Shown here: positions 1 through 13,286 of the stretch, piece after piece
How the letters are laid out: the number at the start of each line of letters is the position of its first letter
How positions within the stretch are numbered: position 1 is the first letter of the stretch
Assembly: GCA_002633005.1 (NCBI GenBank)
Contig: NMRA01000026.1
Span: forward strand, 1,446,710 to 1,510,709
Direction of reading: 5' to 3'
DNA length: 64,000 bases
Source: Phoronis australis
Taxonomy: Eukaryota; Animalia; Phoronida
The notes under the pieces: generated by a model
Told to the model about the DNA's origin: nothing
Database searches by the model: none
What the model saw: the letters and a program-made list of their open reading frames with translations, nothing else
Translations under genes and position numbers: made by a program

Positions 1-237
1 CATGGATAATGCATCGCTGCTAGAGCATCTAGGTTGTTGTAAGGGTGGGGGGTCAACCTGTGAGTTTCTTTGTTTTTGTGTAGGTATTGGTCTGGGCAAA
101 CTCCCAGGTCCTCATCCCCGTGTTGCAGACCACGTTACTGCCGAGAAAAGCAAGATTTCACGAGACTGCACAAAATCACGCAAGTTAAAAGCGAGTGTTT
201 TGCAAGTATGCTCAGGAGCTTACGAACATGTCCTAGT

Positions 238-293
238 AAAATGGCGGCCACTGAAGTGATTAGTCGGTGAGGTTGCAGCTTTGCATTGTGGGA
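238..293 (+). promoter_or_regulatory. Promoter-proximal motifs (YY1-like and ZNF143/SBS-like), probably near the RAB40 first exon just upstream of the window
   Basis: AAAATGGCGGC at 238-248 and TGCATTGTGGGA at 282-293 lie in a CpG-containing stretch. CpG drops off after about 300. RAB40 exon 1 is absent from the window, so it must be upstream. Confidence 0.35.
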
Positions 294-3185
294 TTGACTT
301 CACTGTTCCTATTCCATACTAAGTGAAGATGTTTCATTGCATGTGCATGAGCTGATGTCTTGCAGTCTGGAAGTCAACCCTTGAATAAAATCAAGTGCAA
401 ATTTTTTATGTGTACTTGAAACTCAATATATGTTACAGAATGATAGACATTGGCGCCTATTCAATTAAACGCTAATTATTAGGTGAAAATTGTTAAGAAT
501 AATAAAAAAACATGAAAATACCTAGTGTATGACATACACACTATTTACAAGGCATAGTTGTGTGTAAAGTGAGTGAAGCAATATGTATGTGTCTCCATTC
601 AAATCACTTCTAAGTAGAAATTTATTTTAAAAAGAAACAATTATTTTTATATAGGTGCATGGATCGAAATATGCAGGTGGGTCACCACCTCGGTATGTCT
701 GTCGTGTGATTCAGCTCCACGTCTGTTACCTTATACCCAGTTCATTGCTACCTGTCATTAGAGCTTTGCATGGGTGACTGACAGTTGTTAGCACAAGATG
801 AACTGGTAATCGAAGTGAAGTGTCTGGATCTAACTAGGAAATTCTAAGGCATTATTAAGTCCACACAGTATGATATTGGAGTGTAGATGTTTTGAACTAG
901 TCTTGCTTTTAAATAGAAGACCAGTCTGATCTGGTAATTATAACCTTTTAAATTAGATTTAAAGAGATCTTCAAAGTCAGTCTTTGACTAGTTTGTCTAG
1001 CTCCCCAGTCAGTTTGTCTGTAGATCAACTGAGATTTGTAGTGTGATTTGATAGGCACACTGGTCAAGTTGACTTATTCTTTGATGTTAGGAGCAAGCTG
1101 ACTGCCTTCTCTCCTGGTATTTTTAGGCTGGCTGTGCACTCTGCTTTGCGACCCTTCAACTTGCTGTGCTGTGAAAGCATGCAGAGAATGTTAGTTCGCT
1201 GTTTTTCTCATTTAACAAAAACTGATTAAAATGTCTGGACTCAACTTGCACTCTGGTTGTCCGAGCTGAAAATAGGAGATGTTGCGTTTTGTTTTTCATT
1301 TGCGTTCTTTCACTTGTTTATGATAAAGATTGCAAAAATGTTACAGGTGAATCAAATCTTGTCTTTTGAGAAATATACCTACAGTTTGATTCAGTGCCTG
1401 ATGAAATGATATGTCTTGCATTCTGAATTTCCTACCAATGTTGGTCTTGTTGGAATTGTCTAAAAGTGCATCTTGCCACAGGAAATCAAAATCTGTACTT
1501 CAACCACTGAATATTATTACATGATTTCTACTATGCCAAAGGTGTAACAAATTTCAGTATGAAATCGCCACACTTTTCTGTCCATGAAAAACATTCACTT
1601 TTTATCTGCTTGTTAACTAACAAGAACTGATAGAAAGGTTTTGTTCCCACCACAAATACCACCTTGCCTCAAGTGAGGGATTAGCTCAGTCACTGTCTGA
1701 TTGTCTTGTCCAGGTCAAGCTTGAGTGATGGATTTGACCTATGGGTTTGGGTACTGTCTATTCAACTACTGCTTTCTACTTTGGTGTCGCAAATTGTTTT
1801 AAGATTATTATTTACTTAATTTCGACTGTATTATAGATATTAATTAAGTCTTTATTTCAGGCTATTCGTTTTATAGTGCAAGCTCAAAAAAATTATGACA
1901 GGATCTGTATTCAACTGAACCTTCAAAATTTAAGAAAACAACGAACACTGCAATACTTAGTTTTGCTATGACTGTAAGTGTAGAGAAATTGGCACTGCTG
2001 TTGCTGAAATATTTACTTATTTGCATGTAATCAGTTGAAACATTCATTCTTTGGTAAACTCGTTTTTGGCTTGTGAATCATTTGTAAAGCAATGGAAACT
2101 TAGAATGCTGGGATATTGTTTATGAAATCAAATATCTCTCCCAGTGGTCCCTAGTCTCCAAGAAAATATTTCATGAATACCCTTCACAGCTGTGCAGTGT
2201 TGGCAGTTTACAAAAATGAACAACTGGTAATAAACAAGGGCAAAAGGTACAGCTTTCTGGAGCCTTAATTCTTACAAATGGAAAACATAGTTAAACCCTC
2301 ATTAACCTCAGAGGCAGTTTTAACATGCACAGAGTGATCCTCTAGGAGAGAGAGGAGAGATGTCACTCAAGTGTCTGACAGTCCAGTTTTGTGGCAATTG
2401 ATCCTATGATTTGTTAAATCAAGAGGCAGCTATTTTACCACTGGGCCACCAGTAGTATTGTTGTTAAGGGGTTGTAATGCACAAAGTTAACTGGGTGTGT
2501 TTGCATAATGCGACAACATGCTATGTAATATACATGATGGAGCACAGGGCGCTCATTTTTTTCTTTTGAAAAAAGACAATTTTTATGATGCTTATGTATG
2601 ACATGTTAAATTGATGTAAATTTATATCGTTTTAACTTAAGACGTTCTAAGTAAATTAAGTTTTCATAGAAGACGAAGATTAAAGCATTCGCGTGTACTC
2701 CCCTGTTTACAGCTTTACTTCTGAATTTCAATTTCTTCACCGTAACTCAATGTTATTTTCAAGTTCTTGTTGTTGGGTTCTAAATGTCATAAGTTGATAA
2801 AGCTTGGGTTTAGTGGCTTGAATTTAGAACTTATACAAGTGCAGTAGCTGCACCATGCTCATGATCCAATCAGGTATACAGATTATTACCAGGATGGTCT
2901 CACCAGCAACACAAGTGGAATTTTTCATTTTTCACTTTTTCGTAAAAGATAAATGGCACCAAATAATTTCTATTATCAGTTGTAATGATTTGTAGTTAAG
3001 CTACCATCAGACTTTACCTTGTTACTATGTTTGTCAAGAGTCTAGGCACAATAAATGAGAACATGGATGCGGGTACAAGAAGATGCAGGTTGTCAACCAC
3101 ATTGTGATATAAAATGTGAGTCTTTTTCAATTTCTGCTGGATGCTAATGGTCAGACAAGTGCCACATTATCCATTCACTCTGAGT

Positions 3186-3387
3186 ATGTATTGTACCCCA
3201 AGTGTACTATCTCTAATAAGTGTAACTGTTGTCAAATGTATTGTACCCCAAGTGTAGTATCTCTAATAAGTGTAACTGTTGTCAAATGTATTGTACCCCA
3301 AGTGTAGTATCTCTAATAAGTGTAACTGTTGTCAAATGTATTGTACCCCAAGTGTACTATCTCTAATAAGTGTAACTGTTGTCAAAT
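3186..3387. repeat. Minisatellite, 50-bp unit, about 4 copies
   Basis: TTGTACCCCAAGTGT recurs at 3191, 3241, 3291 and 3341, with near-identical units. Confidence 0.95.
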
Positions 3388-4168
3388 CAAAGGTTTGGTA
3401 AATATAGTTACCTCTCAATTTTGAATGGAATATTATGGAATGATGAAATTTCCAAATTTTTCAGTTCAGAAATAAATATTGAAATAAATCTTCCCATCCT
3501 CAACATGGCATAGCAATGCTGTGAAATTGAAGATTATTACTTTTTCACATTTTTGTTTGCATTTGAAGAAACTTGGCCATTCTTGACAAAAAGTTTGTCA
3601 ACTTCCCTGATACTAAATGTGAAGGAGAGTATTCCGGGTTGAATTTTAGCAAGCCAACAATTGAGGGGTGATTGAATCTCTTTAATATAAATTTTGGTTT
3701 GTCTAACCAATTCAAGAAATCCGAAAATTCCATTTTATGACCTGCTTTCCAAAATGATTAACTATTCCCAAATGTTATTATCCATATAAAATAACTCAAT
3801 TAGATGCAATGTTTTCCGTTTGACTTGTTTTTTTAGATGATTGCTTGATGTCAGCAATTCAGAACTCAATTACACACAGTCATATTCATTGACATTGTTG
3901 AGGCTTATCAAAGTAGTTATCGATTATAAGAGCGCAGTTGATATACATACAAGCTTGAAATAGTCAAATGTAGCTAATCAATGGTGAACTAGTTGAAAAC
4001 AATGGTTTTATTCAGCAATGATTGCTATTTTAATTCTGCTTCCATTTGATAGCATTCTGTGACTTGGTAAAAATAACTTGGTATTGTTTTCTTTTGGGCA
4101 TTATTTGATGTGTAGCTTTCCTTTTAACGGTTGTTCTTTGCGTACTTCTTGCATTTGTGGAGATATAT

Positions 4169-4770
4169 TTAAAGTGTCTGTAAAGCCACCTCCGTCACAA
4201 AGAACAACTTTTGGTTTAGAATGTTTACCGTTGTGAAATCGATCTCAAATTGTTCCTTTAGTCAAACTGTATGAGATTACAGAGCTTTGAAGGAAGCAAC
4301 AGTTCATTATCGCTTCAGATTAGTCACTACAAGTTGTCTTGTCACGGCGTGTTATTTTATGCGCTGAGCTTAGTCTCAGGGAATAACGAAATGTCAGTAC
4401 CTTGAAAACCCAGAAATTACTTTTCATGCAAGGTAGGACCATGTTGAGACTTATTTTACAGCAGTGAGTGGTCTTAATAATATGATTCTTGGATGGAACG
4501 CTGGTTTATAGTTCCTTTAAGTTTAGAAAAATACTTATTTCTCCCGCCTGCTTGTCATGGCATGTTACTTTACATGCTAAGCATGGTCTCAGGGAATAAC
4601 GTGCTAAGCATGGTCTCAGAGAATAACGTGCTATGCATGGTCTCAGTGGTCAGTACTTCGTAAACCCAGAAATCACTTGTCAAGAACAAGTTGAGATCAA
4701 TTTTGTAGTGTTAAGTGGTCTAGTCAAGACTTCACTTGTTGGATGGAACGCGAATTTGTAGCCGCTTTAA
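4169..4770. mobile_element. Degenerate TTAA-bounded non-autonomous element with an internal tandem duplication of its right part
   Basis: Begins TTAAAG at 4169. The block GTCTCAG...CCCAGAAAT...TTGGATGGAACGC...CTTTAA occurs twice, ending at 4520 and 4770. Short GCTAAGCATGGTCTCAG repeats lie at 4576-4646. Confidence 0.45.
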
Positions 4771-5079
4771 AAGTGTTTTCATATCTAATGGATCTGTGAT
4801 ATTCCGACTTGCCACAACCACAAGTTCTCGCTATGGAAATTGGGGTAATGGTCGGATGTAATGTGCCTGAATTTTGAGAACCAGTTGTCTCCCCTGAATA
4901 ACGGGCATCAAACTGGTTCTCAACATACAGGCTCATTATGTCTGATTATTGTCGAAATTGGTACAGATGTAATATTTTTTCTTGTCAAGTTCAGTAGTCA
5001 TTTGTATATACAGTTACTGTTGAATCAGCATTACAGACAGGGTTCAATTTAGATTATTATTATGTTGCTCTTCCACTAA

Positions 5080-6270
5080 ATTTTTTTTTTTTTTTTTTTT
5101 TTTTGATCGCACGATACAGGTCGCAATTTTTGTCCGATCATCACGAAATTTACACAAGTTCTGGAAGCCTATTGTTTTTCGTCAAAATCGGATCCAAGAT
5201 GGCGGCTGTGGCGGCCATTTTGTTTTCATTTAAAGGTTCAAGTGCTTCTGGAGGCTACAATATCGTTTACTTCCAGTTAAAGATGGCGGAAATATCGGCG
5301 ATCGCACATGCGCACCTCCATTTTGGCCTAAAAACGTTTTCTCCTGTAGAGGGCGCATTATAAGACCAATTACTTCGAATTTTTACAGATATTAGTTTCT
5401 TATGACATGCTATTATACAAAGCCAAAAAACCGGAAGTTGCTTTCAAGATGGCGGATCTGGTGCATGTTGACCCATTTTCAGTCGTGCTGGAATGCGATT
5501 TTAAACGGGAAGAGAAAAAGACGTGATTTTTTGCATGTGGATTCTTTGAAGTATATTCTTTCAAATGGCCTGTAACAATTTTTTTCTCAGACTTACCGTT
5601 TTCGAGTTATTTGACTTTGAATTTCTTAAAAAAAACGCAAAATTTCATTTTTTTTCGAAAAATTTACGGAATTAGACGATACCATCAGTTTAGATAGAAT
5701 TTTGAATGGGCTTTCAGAAGATGTTTTCCATTTTTCGCTAGGATGTCTACTTTTCAAGTTATTTGAGATTTTCTGATAACGCTGTTCCTTTGTTGAGTGC
5801 TCTTGCTGCATTGATGTTGGTTTATCTTCTATTGAAGTAGACTGTAGCCTATTTCTTATTGATTTATGACATCTAAGTTCGTCATGTGAATGTTGTGATG
5901 TTGTTCATCATCGCCACCACGATCATCATATTCGTCATCATCGTCATCATCTTTGTCATCATTTCCGTCGTTGTCTTTTCCGTTAATTTCGCCAAGTGTC
6001 GCTCAAGACTGTAGCCTTTTTCTTACTGATTTCGGACTTCTACGTTCGTCATGTGTATGTTGTTATTACTTCTTTTGTTCATCCTCGCCACCATCGTCGT
6101 CATCTTCGTCATCATCTTTATCGTCATCTTTTTGGTTAATTTCGCCAAGTTTCGCTCCTCGGAGCGCTTTCATTTTTATTCTTGGCAAAAATTTGAATAA
6201 GGTTAAAATAGTTTTCAGCATGTCCTTATGTCATTTACGTCATGTCGCCAAGTGGTTTATGGAGTTACTC
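5080..6270. mobile_element. Helentron/HINE-like repeat remnant with YY1-like motifs and a duplicated (TCA/TCG)n microsatellite block
   Basis: Follows a poly-T run. TACAGGTCGCAATTTTT is shared with repeats at about 59730 and 60170. AAGATGGCGG occurs three times (5196, 5280, 5446). Two ~170-bp units contain TCR microsatellites (5840-6150). Confidence 0.45.
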
Positions 6271-7004
6271 AATATTTAAAGCAGTGTTTCGCCTTGTTTA
6301 GCTGGCTAAAAAAATGGATTAGGCCTGTCACTCTCTTACGTTCGGTCTCGTAATATCCCTTACCGTGATAGGATTCCACTTCGAAAATGGAACAAGTACA
6401 CATTGACTGTAGCTTGAGTTGGTAAGGGGTAAGGAATATTATGAAGCAGATTTTTTAGAATAAAAGGACCAATTTCATTTTTGTTCATAGCCATCTAAAC
6501 ATGGCAAAATGCAGCTATGTTATTGGTTTCTGATTCAAGTTATATGGGGTTTAATCAGACTTCACTCTACATTGTCTGTACAACACATGATTAATTTCCT
6601 ATGGTCCAACTGCAGACACTCATCACTTGTGTTCAATAGTTCATGTTAACTTCCCACCTATCACATTACAAACTTTTTCACATAGCTTCTGGTGTAAGCT
6701 TGCATATGGCCTCAAGGCCCACTTGCAAATTACTACAGACTCAGACATAATAACTTTCACTGTTAATTATTCAACATAACCTATGCTGTTAATTACCTAG
6801 ACTAGACTTTCAATTGTTGGTGTAATTACTTGGCCAAAAATTTTTGCCCAGTAATTAATTTTCCATAACTCACAACTTTCAATGATATTTGAATAATTTT
6901 TTTCTTAGGTTTACTATGGCCTAAAACTAATGTCAAGATGACATCACCTCCTCTGTTTTTATTCATTTCCATGGTGTTTCACTCTTTAAAGCACTTTAAA
7001 AAAA

Positions 7005-7090
7005 TAATTGCAGGCGTTCTGATACACGTTGTACCAGACGTGCGCAGACCTCGCATGTGGGCCCATTGCACTGATCACCTGGAAATATTG
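7005..7090 (-). mobile_element. 3' fragment of the tRNA-derived SINE (same family as 26085-26320)
   Basis: Its reverse complement matches 26231-26315 (CCAGGTGATCAGTGCAATGGGCCCACAT...TCTGGTACAACGTGTATCAG). Confidence 0.8.
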
Positions 7091-8339
7091 TTGTGCTTTA
7101 TTAATACATGGCACTTGGTCTGTATTCTGTTGCTTCCTTGGCTTATCTGAGAAATGGGACATTCTGTGCTAACCAGGGATATCTCTGATTATTTGTTTGG
7201 CATAGGTACATCTGAAATATTAATTGTCTATTCACAATGGGGCAAACGTACACTACAAATAGTTATGTGTGCATAGCTGTAGAGAACTCCAGGTATAAAA
7301 GTTTAAACATTGAAAAAGGCACAAGTTAACATAGTTTTGAATCTGACCTGTTTGTCTTTCTCTGTGGATGTTTAGAATTAAAGAAATGATTGGACTGTAG
7401 TCATGATGATGTCGGGCACTCTTGATAATTCTCAAACTATTTTTGTCCAAAAATTACGCACTATTTACCAGTAAGACATGCACCTTAACTTCATGGCTCT
7501 GTTAGATAGCCTTTTTGTGCACTATGAATTTGCCCATTAACTTTCGCCCAGATCTTAACTTCTTTCCAACTTTGTTTTGACCATATTTCTTCAATGACCT
7601 TATTCAGTGATAATTCTCTTGATAGGGGTGTTGTTTATACATATTCATGTGTGATTCACACAGGTGTAAGGATTATATAGTGCTCACTTGATAGCTTGAG
7701 GGGCTGTAATGGTAGTGAAGAGCATTCAGCAAATAATGCAATCTAGGTGTTGGGATCTCATTTACATACACTCCAGAATCTGATGTGAGTCCAAATACAC
7801 ACAAACTTAGTAGCCAATGAAAGACACCGTGTTTGCCCTGGTTTTGCTGTAGTTACGTTCACACTATGAGTTATCCTAGAACACCTTNCATCCACACTAT
7901 ATATCTTGCATCTTGCACCTTGTGCCGTGGCGGAAATTGTTATTGTATGTGTGTAACTGCACAAGGGCTCAAATGGTGCGTCAATTCCCTCTTTGTGCGA
8001 GTTTGTGACCAAGAACAAGTTACCCTACGTCAATTCAAAAATCAAGAATCTTTATTTAACGTTTTTCGGAGAACAGGTTAACATTAGCCAGTGGGGCTAT
8101 TTCTACGGCATTAAGTTTAACAGAAACATGGAGAAAAATGAAACTTAAGCTAGAGATGGAGAATATCACTGAGATTTAAATATAAATTTAAATGTAAATA
8201 AAAGTTAAGTGGTCATAATCACTAGAGACTAGATCCACAAAAATAATAATTGTGAACAATAATAGATACATTGGAAATTTTACAATATAGAGAAATTATT
8301 ACTGTATAGAAACACTGGTATACTCTTTTTAAAACATAA

Positions 8340-8475
8340 CCTGGAATGTTTACAAAGAGAGCGGCTGTATTCGGGATCGTATCAGTCCACGGAAAACAAT
8401 GAAATACTCTGTTGTGAGCAACTCGTTCAGTAGACTGTTCCAGACCCGAGCTGCCTCAAAGCGAAAAGAATTAGC
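8340..8475 (-). mobile_element. CR1/L2-type LINE ORF2 C-terminal remnant
   Basis: Minus-strand translation NSFRFEAARVWNSLLNEL resembles the SFxxxxxxxWNSLP motif at the end of CR1-clade ORF2. Confidence 0.55.
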
Positions 8476-8566
8476 TGTCACATGCATGTCAAACTACCCT
8501 AAAGCATATCGTGACCACAGTACTATTAAACCTAGCAATAATTCTTTTAGTCTGAGGGTAACTTAA

Positions 8567-9047
8567 GGGCCTTTCATACTAACGTCGACGTGTCGATGGT
8601 TTGGGGAGTTGCGGTCAGTATAAATGCTTAACTCCGGTCCTGGATCGGAAGTTAACAGCTACAATTAACATCGCAGTTAATAGGTGGATTTAACAGGGCA
8701 GCGTCGATGCTGCAGTGCAGTATGAACGGTTAACTTCGGTCTAATCGAAGTTATCGCCAGGTGCCACTGCTATCGTCAACAATTACAGGGTAGCTGCTTA
8801 TATTTTGCTCTAATAATAACCAATAGATTTAAAAATAAATTGAATGTCAATTAGCACATATAAATGTTCACAAATTGTCACATTGAAAAAATCTTTGCCT
8901 GCAGCTCTACCTTGCGATAACTTCGATGACCAGAGCATCACCTTCCGTTTACTTCGATGTTCATTAACTACCGAAGCCAGTATGAATGATCCGGTTTAAA
9001 ACTGCGCTTGACGCTCAGACCGGAGTTAAGTCAATATGAAAGGGCCC
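8567..9047. mobile_element. MITE with TIRs, flanked by TTAA (Harbinger- or Kolobok-like)
   Basis: Left end is TTAA-GGGCCTTTCATACT. Right end is AATATGAAAGGGCCC-TTAA. Internal CAGTATGAA sub-repeats are present. Confidence 0.8.
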
Positions 9048-9051
9048 TTAA

Positions 9052-10287
9052 AAGGTTCCTGGAGTACAATAACATGCATTTTAATGTAATTTAATTGATG
9101 AATAAAGTCTATATCAGAAATCGCATCTATGTTACTCTTTCACATTTTTGTAAAAAAGCGTTTTTCCAATATTAATTCCTATTGGCTAATGTGCATCTGA
9201 CGTCACTGAGGCTGTACCGTGGGTGAAGTCAATAAGATAAATAAAGCTTATTATGTATATACCGTAGCTCATTGGGTGAATGCCTCTCGGCTACAGAACT
9301 GTGGTTAATGTGTATAATTTGTCTGCGATCTCGGCTCTCAAAAGTTCATAATACAAGTTTACTGCCATGTAGTGTTGATTACTGGGGAACGATGCCGTTC
9401 TCGCGACGGGCCAGAAAAGGGCCCCGGTGCAAGCTGTATAGTAAATATACAGCGGCCGTTGCACTGACATGGGTAGAACTGATGAAATAAAATCTAACAA
9501 AATTAGTGTCATTAAAAATTATACTCTTCCTTGAGTAGTAAACTAAATTATTGACTGGTGTTGAAAAAATTGGCGTTCTGCCGTTTACTCTGCTGCTAAA
9601 ATTTGGGTGCGCTCTTTAAGGTCAGCTTTCAGCGCTGTCACCTGTTGCCATATTGGCCAGTTTCATTCCCCGAGTTGTTCTTCCAAGTATAACTAGCGAT
9701 TGAACTGTTCTTCGAAGTTGTGAAGGTGTCGCAACAAATTATTAGAGCTGATTTCATTTCCTTACAAGTTTTTAGTATTTTAATACCGGGAAACTGAATT
9801 TCATAAAAAATTTTGCTCCTGCGAAGCTGTCTTCATTTCCCGACAGATGTCGTAAAGTTTTAGGAAATAGCGTGTGTTGAGCGTACTGTTTTCATTGTTC
9901 CAAAAAGGCTGAGAATTATGAAATAAAATAACGTTTATTAGGTTGTTTTTCATTTAAATGGCTCCAGCGGGCAAGGGCAAGGTGAGTGTCGGTTGACACC
10001 CAGATATTTGCACGAAAAAGGTTGTGAGTATGCACATATTGATTTGTCAAATGGCCGACTACATACTTGCACGTCTAATGACCTATATCTCTTTGTGCTG
10101 TACAGCCTCAATGACGTTACAAAAAACTGCGCTTGCAGTTTGGCTTTACGGAACTAATAAATTTGTACTTTTCAAAGTAAAAAATAAAAATACTGTGCAC
10201 TATTTAGGAATATGTGGATACCAGTAACCAACCTTTATACTTTCAAAATGTATATTAAAATGCTGAAACGTGTAGTTCAGGCCTCTT
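9052..10287. mobile_element. Kolobok-like non-autonomous DNA transposon
   Basis: TTAA on both sides (9048-9051, 10288-10291). Imperfect ~40-bp TIRs: AAGGTTCCTGGAGTACA...GCATTTTAAT versus the reverse complement AAGAGGCCTGAACTACA...GCATTTTAAT. Confidence 0.6.
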
Positions 10288-10291
10288 TTAA

Positions 10292-11641
10292 GGTTATCTC
10301 CAACCTTACTTAGTGACCTCTATTCTAACTCGTACATCAAAAAACTAAGCTTTGTCAACCAGTAAAAGTATATATTTTGTGAATGAAAATAATTGGGGAA
10401 TATGAAAATAGTTTTCGTATTAAAGTACCATTATTATTTTTACTTAAAAACTTTTTAAGTCAAAATTTTATTTTCAGGAAAGGTTCATTTATAGCAAAAT
10501 AACCCCTTAGTTGATTTTAGTGAAACTTTTGTAAATGAAAACTTCACCAGTTACATCAAAAACGCTGTTAGGAATTTTCGATTAGTCTTTTCGTTTGGTT
10601 TCTATGACAAATCAACTCGCAAAACGTAAGGTATTTTTGTAAAAAACGGAAGACGTATTAGTCTTTGTTACATTAATTTGGAAAGTTTCAGCGAAATCCA
10701 CTGAGTCGTTTTCGAGAACTTGTGCTCCTAAGTTCAACTAAAGTTGATTTGCCGAAGCCGAGAAAAAGACGATTAAACTGGGACAAGTGAAAATCTCAGT
10801 CTTTGGTTAATTATTCAGTGAAAACTTGTTTTCGGTACACATAACCTATACAAGCCTGAAATGTGTTAGCTATTTCAACATTCACTCACAATGTCAACTG
10901 ATTTTGCAGTGCGTAATTAACTTAATTATCATTAAAACATACAATTCCCAGCTAACTCTTGCTGTTGTGTGCGGTCTTTTGACCTACTTTTATATAAATA
11001 GGTCATAGTTCACTGTTATACACATAGCCTGTACACGTCATGTGCTGAGAAACTGATAGGAAATCAAGTAAGAAATGGATAACAAAAATTGAATCGGTGG
11101 TTAAAGCATGTCGTTAGCATGAGATCGAAACATTGAAATGTCAATTTACTAATTGAATGAAGGAATTAGGGTGAGAATTTATCTCTTTTCACAACTTGCT
11201 GTGTTCTTGATCATAGAGGCCTGAGGCGACCGTAGCATTTGTTTTTAACGGTCATATGTGCATGTATACGCACAACTCCCTTAGGATCAAAACTACATTT
11301 TGTCTTTGTTTTCTCTGGCACCATGCTACCATAAGTACACCTCGTTGACTCAATGTTATGGCGATTTTGTGACTGAAAAGACCGAGGGTATACAAAACTG
11401 TTATGTACCTGGCAGGAGATTCGATTTGATTGAAAGCCCTTTAACCCTTGACCTCGGATAATTAGTAAACAAATATCCACGCGGTCGTGCGGTTCCAAGG
11501 TGGTTCTGTTAAATCTTTTTTCTCGCTACGTGGTATATATTTTGTATTTGAAGTTCCCCGATAATGAAGTAAAGGTATTTTTCTAGACACGTAAAATATT
11601 GTAAAAATGGACATTTTTTGTGAATAAGGTTTAAGATAACC
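10292..11641. mobile_element. Kolobok-like non-autonomous DNA transposon, family A copy 1
   Basis: TIRs GGTTATCTCCAACCTTA and TAAGGTTTAAGATAACC, with TTAA at 10288-10291 and 11642-11645. A homologous inverted copy lies at 15274-17349. Confidence 0.85.
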
Positions 11642-12444
11642 TTAACATGGGTTAACTCTGGTGTGCACAGCACTTTGGTATGTTAGTAGGGTATCAATGC
11701 AACCCTGCGCAATTCTAAATGGCAATGAATGTTTTTCACATTAGACTTCCATTAACCTGTGCCTGTGTGTGGCCTGTGCTGCCTTTGCATGTATGTACTG
11801 TGTTGGTGTAATGTGTATCCGTTGTCTATCCTCTTGATTATTAATATGGAAATCGTTCACTGAACCAAATTGAACATCCAAATTTTGATGAAACTTTCCA
11901 GTTATGGTAAGGTTCGTGACTTTGCTCAGAGCCTTGAAACATCACTCCCAAAAAGTTCACAAGCTTCTTTCTGTAGTAAGCTGCTTCTTTCTTTGTCACC
12001 CAGTATTTTTAATTTCAAAATTATCAATCAACTTTTTAAGGGATTTAAATGAAGTGCCTTTTTCTCAGCTGTGAATCTGCATCTAACTTTTTCATCTGCA
12101 TCTCCTAAAAATGCTTGCAGTTTTAATGAAATTGAATTTGGTTTGTTGAACTTGTCATACTTCATACACTGTTTCATTTTTTAAAAGTGTAACAGTTTGT
12201 CAGTTGGCACAGTACAAGAAAAAAGTAATGAAACAAAATACTGTTTTCCCCGGCTACAGAATATCTTTGCCCCTTCTTATCTTTCCTGTTCATTTCCTTC
12301 ATTCTCAACCATGATGGAAGACTACTTTGCCGAATTCGTTGTCTTCGTCCCAGCCTTCACCACTGAATTCTAGGTCATTTTAGTCCTGTTTAGACATCAA
12401 CTTTTGATCCAGCACAACTGACATGGAGCAACTTGATCTGTGTC

Positions 12445-12778
12445 AAGTGGCCGTTTACACACGCAATTTCAAACTGTGGCAAGACGGAAGTTGTACGCTG
12501 GAGAGTGGAATGCACATGCGCAGGTTTTCAAATAGCGGGAGTTGCAGAGACAGGACCCATATGTAGGTCATTGCACAAGCGCAGTAAAGATGATCCTTTC
12601 TGCCTTGCCCCAGTTTCGCGTTTAGACATATAATTTGACACAAATTGCCCCTCAGAAACTGTTAGCAAAAGTTGTCACCGTGTTTTCAATTTGCTCCGTG
12701 TTAGTCTAGTTTACACACTGGAACATCTCGTTCCGTGTCAGCTGATCCGTGTCAACTTTTGTAGTGTAAACGGCACTT
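12445..12778. mobile_element. MITE (Harbinger-like TIRs)
   Basis: Inverted termini AAGTGGCCGTTTACAC ... GTGTAAACGGCACTT. Confidence 0.65.
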
Positions 12779-13286
12779 TCGATTGAATGCTTTTGGCTTG
12801 TTCTGCATATGTGTGTAGTCAGTGTGTGGGGGGACCTGTGTGGGTCTACATCTTCAGTAAACATTGTTTAGTGTAGGACGCAACAAACATTTTACTGTGT
12901 GCAGCAGTCATCAAACAACATATTTGCAGCAATGTAATGAGCCACTGAAATGTTGGAAAATGGGAATTTTTAAGCAACTATTTTTACTGCAACCAGGAAT
13001 CTCACTGGGCAAAAATCCAAACATGGCTCAATGTGTATGGCATGCTCTCACAACGTTGTTTGGTTTTTAGTTGCTGTTACTTGTTTAATGCTGGTTCAAA
13101 GCATTTGTTCACTGGATATTATCTCTCTTCCCCCCCCCAAAAAAAATAAAGTGTTATTGCTATTGTGCTATACTACTTTTAAAACACTTTTGCCTTCCAA
13201 GTAGAGTAGAGAATGATAGCCATGGGGAACTGGAGTACAAATACTTGGACGAAAAAATTTCCTTGAGTGCATCCACATGGCCTTAT

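Noticed and set aside
2-65. ORF start with a GTGAGT donor at 60 as a candidate RAB40 exon 1
   Set aside because: The peptide does not resemble the RAB40 N-terminus, and splicing to exon 2 would create T|GA, a stop codon.
3186-3387. Regular repeats resembling a CRISPR array
   Set aside because: The units are contiguous with no unique spacers, there are no cas genes, and the context is eukaryotic.
5953-6279. 108-aa Ser-rich ORF
   Set aside because: Produced by a TCR microsatellite inside a repeat, with a non-ATG start.
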